64,000 bases of DNA. Source: Picochlorum sp. SENEW3 (lineage: Eukaryota). Both the position numbers and the translations under genes were made by a program. The DNA is taken from NCBI GenBank assembly GCA_034226945.1, contig CP120463.1:248001-312000 (forward strand), written 5' to 3'. Of the stretch, positions 54,691 through 64,000 are shown in pieces (the first letter of the stretch is position 1; every line of letters starts with the position of its first letter). A model generated the notes under the pieces. That model made no database searches, was not told where the DNA came from, and saw only the letters and a list, made by a program, of their open reading frames with translations.

Positions 54691-57326
54691 TTACTTGGAG
54701 CTAATTAAATATCGTAAGCTGTAAATGTTTGACTCACAGAGACCTCCGACGTCGTCTCGTACTTGATTCAATGCTTTGTGTATTCCACGGAGTGCTGGGC
54801 CAACCTGATGGGACATGTCTTGGAGGACAAGCGCATGTCTTGTACATACCTGCTGTAGCCATGCGATGACGTGTTCTATATGAGGTGTTCCTGAATTCAT
54901 AATGTCTCCGAGAGATTGGATGATTGGCACAATGGCGGATGAGGGCAATGTGGCAACAACTGATGGCAGCATGGTGGGTGGGGTGCACAAAAGTACCTGT
55001 TGAATGAGGTCTCCATCTCCTAGTCGTACTGCTATAAGTAGGGCTCTCAAATACGCGCCTACGTTCATTGATTGCAATACAGCTGCGGGGGTGATGTCTT
55101 CTGCAAGATCCGTAGGGTCGAATGTCATTGTTGAATCCAAACCGTACAGCAAGACCCCTCCTGGTGTAGCAGCAGCCCATGTTCTTCCTGTTGGAGATAA
55201 TGATACGCATCGGGTGGTCGCAGATCCTTGACTTTGATATGATACATCTCCTGGAAGGCGTCTGGCTGTCTCATCATCTTCATCATCGTCGCTGTTGACA
55301 TCGCGTATATCTGTGAGAGGCCCAGCATCCGTCATGTATTTGGAATTCAGTTGATCCAAAACACCATCCAGTGCCTTATTGTGTGATATTTGGAACCTCC
55401 GAAGCATGACCTGTTCACGTACATCGTATACACATACATACTTTGAGCTTCCTCCCGCGAGAAGAAAACTTCCATCTGCTGAGAAGGCCAAAGAGGTGAA
55501 GGCTCTTCCTGATGACGAGTTGCCTGCTGCTCTGCGGTCATACTTGGATCGTCCGCCAGCGATATCACGCCTGCCATGAATCACAAATTCAATATCAGCA
55601 TCAACTGCATTCCAGTAATAAATCTGCCCATCAAGAGTTGACGACGCAAGATGTTTACCATCGGGATGCCATGCAACCGCCAAGACATCATGGTTGTGCT
55701 GGAGCACATCCACATTTCCTTTACTATTGAACACATCCCATGTTCTCACGGTAGCATCCCAAGATGCTGACGCTAATATTGATGATCCTGGAGCAAATTT
55801 GGTCATCACGACTGGTCCTTCATGTGCTGCCAGAATATCAAGCAGTTTGCCAGTCTTCAAACTCCATACAAAAATCTCAAATGTATCCTTACTCCCTGCA
55901 ACAATGATGTCCCCGGAAGGATCTACGCCTACTGATGTAAACTGCACTGGCTTGGGGCTTGTGAGCGTTCTAAAATTCCGGTACCGTATCAAATCAAATG
56001 CTCGCACGGTTCCATCTAATGATGCACTGACAACAGCATGTCCACTAGGGACAAAGCTTGTCGCTGTGACTGGTGCAGTATGATCTGAAAATGTAACGAA
56101 GCAAAACCCGTTTGCAACTGTCCATAATTTTACCTTGGCATCTGTAGATCCCGTCACAATCATCGACCCATCCTGAGAAAAGTCCAATGATGTAATATCA
56201 TAAGCATGCCCCTGCTGCTTGAGCACATATGTTTCACTCCTCCATTCCCACACAAGCATTTGGCCCAAGTTTGCGCTACCCACAACAACCCACTCTCCAG
56301 AATCATTAAAGCACATGGAATCGATAGCATCATGACCAATGCTCAGTGTATGAACCGTGGTCAGATCAGGAAGTTGCAGCAATTCAAAAAGCCCTCTTGA
56401 AAAGCCCACGGCCAAAATCCCAACACCCTTGTGTACTGTGCACGATGTCATTTTGGACCCTCTCTGATTAAAATAATATTTATCAACCAAACTCCAGTGC
56501 CCACCAAAATACGTCCGACTCTGCTCTGCATCATCTTTGTCTGCAACCTTGTCTTTTGCATAATGCCATGCAAACAATGCACCATCCTTTGACAGCGTGT
56601 ACAAATGCGGCACATTCTTTCCCAACAGCTCTGCCGATTCTCTAATATTCTTTGTGGTAAAGTACACACCAATGGGAGATTCTTTATGACCCGTCAATGT
56701 CGGAGGAAGATATGTGTCAATGGAATGCAACGACCACACCCTCACAGTCAAATCCTTGGAACCGGCCACCAACCAGCATGAATCGTCACTCCAATCCAAT
56801 GACACGATATCTGCATGACAATGACCATACGTTCGATGCAATTCCAACGGATTCGTAGACTTTGCGAGCCCAGGTCGGTGCCATACTTGAACCAGACGAC
56901 CAACCCCAACAGCAATATATTTGCCGTCAGGACTAAACCTCGCTGTTCTGACCACATTTTTGAATGAAAAATGATGCAAAAGAGCATTATGTTTCCTATT
57001 AATGACCAAGGCTCTACCAGTTTCATCCACAGCGAACAAAAAGACTCCATCTGGAGACACGCACAGGGTCCTGACGTGTGACCCAAGCTCATAGGGCAAC
57101 GTTGAACTCGTAGATTTCACCAAATCAATCTATAGAACAATATAAATGGTTAAAAAGCCGCTGATACAGCATCAGTGTCCTTGCCATCCTTGCCATTCGG
57201 TGCATGGCATGCCAAACATACCTGTGACACTCTATTGCCGACGGGAGACAACAGCGTGTCTCCCGTCATTGCAACAGAACCTCCTTTATATGGAGCTCCT
57301 AATAAATTCCTAAATTTATAGTCCAT
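54691..57326 (-). CDS. PWP2: Periodic tryptophan protein 2 (UTP1, SSU processome); intron 57130-57221
   Basis: MDYKFRNLLGAPYKGG, LLSPVGNRV, GQMLVWEWRSETYVLKQQGH, RAFDLIRYRNFRT, Utp12-type C-terminus. Confidence 0.96.
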
Positions 57327-57946
57327 TTTCAAAAATACACAATCTTGGAGGTGGGTGAACTTGTACCTGTACTACTAGATCTGTTGCATAGGAGTACTCC
57401 TCCAGGTCAGGAGGCCTACCGTTGCAGTGTTTCTGATACAATCCTCACGCCAGGAATGACATATATGTTGCCATGGGGTTGGTTGGTTACAGCGTTTTTG
57501 GTGGCATCGTTGTGATTTTTACTGATCAGCCACGTTGATCACATGGGAGAGAGTCCACTACTATAGTAGCTCGATAGCTATCGAAGCCCCGCTTTGATGG
57601 GGAGAGTATGGTATAGACATGGGTTTCACTGCTATTGTCTGCACATGCTGATATTCAAATGGGTTCTGGCATATTCTATCGCAAATGCAATACATCGGAG
57701 GAATAATCGACACACGTGGGATACTGGGTATACAGAATAGGAGATCTAACTTTTGACAATTGACGTTGGCGTGACGTTATAATTACGTTCAACGTACGTT
57801 ACCGTAACGTAGCGTCGCGTAATTATTCGAAGAGCGGGCAAATCCCGACAGAGAATACGGCACGGTTGTAGCATTTTATGCCTTGATATGGCGAAAAAAC
57901 TCTGACTGATGTGTCCTGAGCAGTATGGCGACATGTCTTCTATTGT

Positions 57947-59177
57947 ATGCCCACAAGCGTGATACGACAGAAAATATCGCCCAGGGAAAGGGCCTTTCTG
58001 GCTCCCTTTCTCCTGGCCATGTGCGCATGCTTCGTTAAAACAGAGGCGAACGAACTAATGACAAAAGTGGCAGGTGGAGCACGAGAGTCCACGCTTGGAG
58101 GAATGTGCTTTGACAGCACAGTCTCCAGTGAAGCAGCTCTTAGGTCTCTTCGAAGGCAAGTTGTCAAATTCAACCAGAAAAAGAGGTCCGTAGAGAATAC
58201 ATGATGGTGTTATCGTAGATTGAGTGGATATATCATACATACTATGCGTGTGATTTGTCAAGAACCTTGGTATCTTTTTGTGCAGCATGTATAGAGATGG
58301 TGACATTATTGCCATGTACACATTGGACAGGCCTGGACAGGGAAGCCTAGCTGGGTGTGCGAACGCCTGTCTGTTGAATTGGAGGTTGACAAGTGATGAG
58401 AGCCAATCTTTAGACACAGACTGCTCTTTAGATGAAAACAGCCACTGCCCTATGGCATCTGGAATACTTGTGGCAGACAGAAAGTGTGAAGCATTCATGT
58501 TCAATCGAATCACGAGTGTGTGTACGTTACTGTCAGCTGAGCAGTCTCTACAGCTTACTCGCAGCAGCAACTTTTGGTCTGGAAAACTGGTGTGCGAGGA
58601 TATGAGCAGCGTTGATGACTGGGCAGAAGGTGTTGTCAGCAGACGCAGTCCACCCCCACCCCCACCGCCAACTGTGCAATTGAGTAGCCCCCAGGTCCTA
58701 GGTGGGGAAGTATTCAGTGCTAGTACAGTGTACGGCACTTTACCTGCAAGTAATGCTTTTGATGGGCTCTATACCACCTATTGGCATTCGGCATGTCCAA
58801 ATGCATACAGTGCTCTTGGTACGTACTTGGGCTCTGTAGACACATTGGTGGATGGTCAACAAATTCCTGGAGACTGGCTTCAAATTCAGTTCCCACGGAC
58901 AATCCGGGTGACAAAATTTAGCATAAGCCCAAGACAAACTTGGGGCACTAGAATGCCTTACGATGGACGAGTAGTCGCTTCCACAGATGGATCAACATGG
59001 ACGACCATCAAGTCATGGTTAGGACAGTCTGGTTACAGTTATGAAGTTGACACGTATTTTGATCTGTCAGCAAACACCGATTCCTTCTCACATTATCGTC
59101 TCATTACAGAAAAAACAGGCGGCGGTGACTGCATTCAAATAACCCAATGGAAGATATTTGGTTTTATTCTTCCTTGA
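57947..59177 (+). CDS. Probable secreted protein: PAN/apple-like Cys domain, poly-Pro linker and F5/8 type C (discoidin-like) domain; intron 58186-58285
   Basis: Hydrophobic leader, 'KCEAFMFNRITSVCTLLS', SPPPPPPP, 'ASNAFDG..TYWHS', 'GDWLQIQFP', 'ASTDGSTWT', 'FSHYRL', 'IQITQWKIFG'. Confidence 0.75.
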
Positions 59178-59721
59178 CGAATCAGACACAAATATGTTCT
59201 CAGTGTCTTTCTGGGGACGTGTTCTACAACAGGTTTGAGATATTGCTGGAAAGTTAGAGGACCCGCGCGCAAATTCTTTGGCCTCATCATCCTGAATGAA
59301 TATTCACCTTTTCTTCAGGGCATTCACCCTGGTTGTCTTCAGGAATAAACTCGACAAACGTTGGGAGAGGCACTGGCTGCTCCTCAAGCAGCCTTTGCTG
59401 CATTCTTCTTCTTCCGCTTAATGCGCTCAATGACTTCCTTCCTTATGGCATGTAACTTCAGCCAAATATTGTGTACCATCGCATCGATATTTATAAATGA
59501 GGCCTCTCTTGCGCAGCTCTTCTCCACAATTGCAGAGACCAAACCTTTTTTTTCGCTTGCGAATTGGCAGTCCCTGATTCACATTCATCTACAAATAATT
59601 GATTAAAAATACTCTTTATTAATATGTATGTTGATAGAGATTAATGAAGTAGGTCAGTTACACTCCATGTCCGAGATTCCGAATTCAAAAAAGAAATCGT
59701 TGTTGACAACGGTACCGGACT

Positions 59722-59743
59722 AGTCCCGGAGTACTCCGGGACT
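59722..59743. repeat. Perfect 22-bp palindrome AGTCCCGGAGTACTCCGGGACT
   Basis: Self-reverse-complementary by direct reading. Confidence 0.9.
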
Positions 59744-59852
59744 TCAGAAGAACATTCTTATTCATCCAATCCAATCTACATAGCACGCCAATACGCATCT
59801 CACGGTCTTGCTTGCGTTACACACAAAGTAATAATAATTATGACTACTAGAT

Positions 59853-60626
59853 TTACTTTGAGATCTTGGACAAGAGCTGTGTCTTGTCAAGGACATATCC
59901 CGTGGCTGCCAACCATCCTGCGCAGGACAACACACGTGGCAACAAGAGAGAAAGCACAGGAGCATGAGCAGCTGCTTCGAGAATAACTCCTCCAACTCCT
60001 AGAACAATGAGAACAGAGTTGATTGGCAATTTTGGCTTTCCATCCTTTCCAATACTCCATCCAGCTCCAGATGAAGAATCATTCTCATAATCAATCACCT
60101 CCAATGCAGTTGGAACAATCTGTGTGAATGGCACGCGAACAAAACCACGAGAGTCCTCGGCCTTCTTGGCATCCAACACAGTTCCTTCTGGAGCCAATGT
60201 AGATGGGTCCACACTTGGTGCAGACAACACCAAGGAGAACATGTACGCAACACCTGCGGCAGCTCCAGCTGGCTCTGACACAAGATTGAACAAAATATTC
60301 AGCCCTGGAATGGAGTGAGCGATAGCATCGATAACGAATGCGGCAATCAATGGAGCAGCCCCCTCCACCGTCTGAAGCTTTTCGATAGACTTGTCAATAT
60401 CTCCCTCTCCAGTCGCAGTTACAACAGCAGTCACTGCAGCTCCTGCCGTCAAACTACTCAACAAGTTGATGAAAATATTTGTATCAGACAATGCATACGT
60501 TTTCACAGACAGGCTCCTCGAGCTCTGTCGGCTTCTCAGCCCAGCAGCAGGAAGAGCACGGCCCCTCAACGCAGACGTGCAAGACAGCGATCCTGCCTTA
60601 TGGCATGCAGCATTCATAACCACCAT
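59853..60626 (-). CDS. Hypothetical plastid membrane protein
   Basis: Ser/Arg/Ala-rich transit peptide ending VKTYA, several hydrophobic helices, TGTAA downstream on the minus strand (~59817). Confidence 0.7.
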   Translation of the reverse strand: MVVMNAACHKAGSLSCTSALRGRALPAAGLRSRQSSRSLSVKTYALSDTNIFINLLSSLTAGAAVTAVVTATGEGDIDKSIEKLQTVEGAAPLIAAFVIDAIAHSIPGLNILFNLVSEPAGAAAGVAYMFSLVLSAPSVDPSTLAPEGTVLDAKKAEDSRGFVRVPFTQIVPTALEVIDYENDSSSGAGWSIGKDGKPKLPINSVLIVLGVGGVILEAAAHAPVLSLLLPRVLSCAGWLAATGYVLDKTQLLSKISK

Positions 60627-61120
60627 GATTTCTATGTATCGATAGTCACTCGTGTATATTCAGAGTAGGAAGGAAGAGGAGAAGGAAAAAAGACTGACCA
60701 CACTCAATCACGTGAAGAAATGTTTGATTTCAAGAAACCAGGCCCGCAATAGACAGGATGGATCCAAATATCTCACGTTTAGACGTAGATATGTAATAGT
60801 TTTCAAATATATATGGCATCCAAGTCCTGGGTCGTATGGGTTTGGTGCCACCGTTCCTCAGGATAAGGCACGATATCCTGGCCCAATCAATCTGTTCCGG
60901 CGAGTCGTCTAGATTTTGACCATGCACCTCGCGAACTTGGCCCATGAACGGGCTCCTTTGATGGGAATGGTGAATAGAGTCCCATCCAATGGGGTCGTTG
61001 ATAGTATACACGTGTCGATCAACATACAATCGAGCCATATGCATCCAAGAGCAACGTAAAATAATCTACCGACCACTTTAATGAAAACTAATTAATGTAT
61101 ATGGAGCAGGGAAAGGGTAT

Positions 61121-61571
61121 ATGAGTGGTGTGGAGAAGAATACCAAGGTGCATGTTCTTTTGAAACACGTGGGTGACGCTCCTCCTCTTCAACGCAAAGA
61201 GGTAGCGATTCATAGGGAAGAGAAATTGCTCAAAGTAGTTGCATTTATTAAAAAAGAGCTGAATAGCAAGGGAGGACTGGTATGTGGACACGTGATTCTC
61301 ACCCTTCCATCTTCTACATGACAATTTGAAGATGATGAATGATTGTAGCTCAACCCAAGTAATAGTATTATCGATGATTATATTCTTCTCTTCACCATGT
61401 CCTATATAAATATACGAATATATATGATGCATGCAGTTTGTCTACCTAAAGTCTAGTTTTTCACCGAATTTGAACGAACAGATTGGTGTCTTGTTAGACT
61501 CTTTCGGAACAGACGTTGGGGATACACGGAAACTTGTCCTTCACTACGCCCTTTCTCCTGCCTGGGGATAG
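61121..61571 (+). CDS. ATG12: Ubiquitin-like autophagy protein ATG12; intron 61280-61436
   Basis: KVHVLLKHVGDAPPL, FIKKEL, spliced LFVYLKSSFSP, and C-terminal LVLHYALSPAWG. Confidence 0.95.
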
Positions 61572-61573
61572 CA

Positions 61574-61777
61574 ATGAACCCGAATCAGCAGCAGTATATG
61601 GGCATGCCAGGAGGAGGAGGTGCTCCTGGTGGGTGGTCAAGGCCTCCTCCTCCACCACCACAGAGGCAAGGACAGGATGCAGCAGCAGCTGCTGTGGATG
61701 GGCGACCAGATATACGGGATATGTCGTATGATGAGTACTGTGACAGTTTTCATGCGATAAAGAAGACCAGTTCATGA
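61574..61777 (+). CDS. Small Pro/Gly/Gln-rich hypothetical protein immediately downstream of ATG12
   Basis: ATG 2 nt after the ATG12 TAG. GC-richer, coding-like composition; C-terminal 'PDIRDMSYDEY'. Confidence 0.55.
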   Translation: MNPNQQQYMGMPGGGGAPGGWSRPPPPPPQRQGQDAAAAAVDGRPDIRDMSYDEYCDSFHAIKKTSS

Positions 61778-62104
61778 TTACAAAATGCGTTGCAGTTTTC
61801 TTTCTTTTTTTTTTCCTCATAATTATCATTCATTCTAGTGTCATCCATCTATCTGCATATGATGTACATGTAATGATGATGGTACACTCTTGAAAAAAAA
61901 ATACACACATTGATCAAAGATTTGAAACTAGGAATCAAGCCATGGTCTCAGCGATCTTGGTGGAAAAAATTCGTCATGGCAGTATTGCTCAAGAGTAGCA
62001 AATATATAACATAAGATTACATCACCGACCACAGCACCAGATATGCCTCAGAGAGAAGATTATGTATGATCAGTAGGGTGATGCTGGAAACCAGCAGCAC
62101 ACCT

Positions 62105-62892
62105 TCATCTGACACGCATGAATGAGAAGAAGTTCTCATCATTGGCACACTGGTTGTACAGGAAGAAAGACTGGGCAGGAAACATACCTATCTTCGTCAG
62201 TAATAGTCAGTGTATCGTCAAAAGATCCCATGACCGCACTCTCCATATCGAAAAACATGTGACCCTGTTCCTCCTCAGCATCACTGTCTGGATTCCTCAA
62301 AGCCCCATCACACATGGCTTTGAACATGGCCTCCAACTCTTCTGCACTCGATGAAAACATGTGCACTTCTCTCAATTCTTCTTCTTCTTCTTCTGATGCG
62401 TAATCATCATGATCATTGTCGCCAGTGTCAATTTGAAGATACAAGCATTGGGAGAGAGGAGATTCGTACTTGTGTGGGCAGTCAGCAAGAGCAGACAGAC
62501 TCACATGTTTGAAAGGAATCACCAACTCATCACCACCTCTCCATACAATATCCCTACACAAATATGTACATTCACAGATGAAGATGTTTGTATATATATA
62601 CTACTAGGATGAGACAGACAGACAGACAGACAATATCCTGGGGATGATAATACTAATGAGAGCAGCAATCACACATGCACCAATGATTGTTCACCCACCT
62701 TTCTCGTATACATAACCTTCCAACACCTTTATCCTCATCATTATTACCTATAAATCTAATAGTATCAAATTCATGCTCCTCAAATGGCAGTTCTCCCGAT
62801 GCGTCGGCATCCATCCCATGATGATGCAATGCATCCGGCGCTGGCCCTTCTTCTTTTTCTTTTGCTTCTTCTCGAATATCGTTGACCATCAT
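62105..62892 (-). CDS. CLNS1A: Methylosome subunit pICln (CLNS1A/Lot5-like); introns 62554-62698 and probably 62109-62187
   Basis: 'GVGRLCIRERDIVW', 'IPFKHVSLSA', 'CLYLQID', acidic tract, 'LEAMFKAMCDGALRNPD'. The last exon is uncertain. Confidence 0.85.
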
Positions 62893-63125
62893 TCACTCTA
62901 TATAAATTATAAGTAGTGTGAATTCCGCATGGATGTGCTCATTGATTGAAGATCCTTCAAGGAAGGCTTCTCTGTGTTTTATTGTTTTAATTAACAGACA
63001 AACGAAGACTCCAGACAATTAAAGCATCCCTGAGAATCACACAACCCAGGAGTGCTTCGATCCATGTAAAGTACAAATACAACACATATATTGTATCATT
63101 CAGAGTGGCTGTATCGTATGCAGAG

Positions 63126-64000
63126 ATGAGGTCTCTGCAATCAACCCTCTCCCAACTTCGGTGCGTTCTTTCTTTACCCTTACTGTTCCCATCGCATGCC
63201 ACCATTCGATATACACGAGAATACATGTGATACCGAATACAGCAGCATCGATGATGGGTGGTTGGGTCATCGGGTGGACCAACATGTCACATGACTGGAT
63301 TTGGAATATGTATGCAGAGGGTGTCTTCGGAGCGCATCATCATCATCATCGCCCCTTGTCCATACCGATTCAGTAGTAGCTGTTATCAATGGCATGACAC
63401 AGCACGAGTCGATGGGAGCGCCTGGCATGAAATGGTTCTCTTCTCAAGGACAAGAGTCAACCCCAGCAGTCTTTGTGGATAAGAATACCCGCGTGATTTG
63501 CCAAGGGTTCACCGGTAAGAATGGAACATTTCATTCTGAGCAAGCTATAGAGTATGGAACAAAGATGGTTGGCGGCGTGACGCCGAAAAAGGGGGGTACA
63601 ACCCACCTGGGGCTTCCTGTGTTTAATACAGTGAGAGAGGCAAAGGAGGCCACGGGGGCAAACGCGACTGCCATATACGTGCCACCTCCTTTTGCAGCAG
63701 CTGCGATTCTTGAAGCTGTGGAAGCAGAGTTAGACCTTGTTGTATGCATTACGGAAGGTATTCCACAGCATGATATGGTCAAGGTGAAGAGGATTATGCA
63801 GGAGCAGAGCAAGACCAGGTTGATTGGGCCTAATTGTCCGGGTATTATCAAGCCAGGGGAGTGTAAAATTGGAATTATGCCTGGATATATTCATACACCG
63901 GGTAAAATCGGTATTGTATCCAGATCTGGAACGTTGACATATGAAGCTGTGTTTCAGACCACACAGGAAGGACTTGGGCAGAGCACTGTCGTAGGTATCG
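63126..64000 (+). CDS. SUCLG1: Succinyl-CoA ligase alpha subunit, mitochondrial (runs off the window end); intron 63161-63317
   Basis: Not in the ORF track because there is no stop in the window. Translates to [64 protein letters not shown]. Exon 1 is [12 protein letters not shown]. Confidence 0.96.

Noticed and set aside
61280..61436. Possible C/D snoRNA in the long ATG12 intron (ATGATGA present)
   Set aside because: No downstream box D (CTGA) or terminal stem.
1..64000. CRISPR arrays, prokaryotic operons or defence systems, rRNA, transposase/RT genes
   Set aside because: The sequence is intron-containing eukaryotic DNA. Only short microsatellites and palindromes were seen, with no spaced direct repeats or mobile-element ORFs.

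Overview
This is eukaryotic nuclear DNA, not prokaryotic. It is a very gene-dense segment of a compact green-algal genome. Short GT-AG introns (mostly 60-110 nt), TGTAA poly(A) signals after many stops, plastid-targeted proteins and the gene content best fit a Picochlorum-like trebouxiophyte; that taxonomy is inference. About 40 protein genes can be reconstructed by hand-splicing. They include RBL19/TMEM115, JMJD7, organellar L25, a VPS10 receptor, HMCES/SRAP, PAS2, a SAND-domain protein, PHT4, GPR107, a Nudix CoA pyrophosphatase, CDIN1, DDX42, PSP, AP-4 beta, NOP53, MGD1, WDR74, VPS60, DET1, a P2B Ca-ATPase, AdhE, a SPRY/U-box E3, an SCP phosphatase, PWP2, ATG12, pICln and SCS-alpha. Most notable: (1) an ORF the track reports only in part (46101-46490) that reads through an in-frame TGA and is followed by a SECIS-core-like hairpin with an abnormally short upper stem, i.e. 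a candidate selenoprotein; (2) a three-exon mini-protein resembling the N-terminal histone-mRNA-processing domain of animal FLASH/CASP8AP2; (3) ATG12 followed 2 nt later by a second ORF, a probable bicistronic mRNA; (4) a long hairpin in DET1 intron 1; (5) a palindrome-flanked island carrying a PAN plus F5/8-type-C gene. No rRNA, convincing tRNA, CRISPR array or autonomous transposon was seen. All family assignments come from motif recognition and recall, without database searches.
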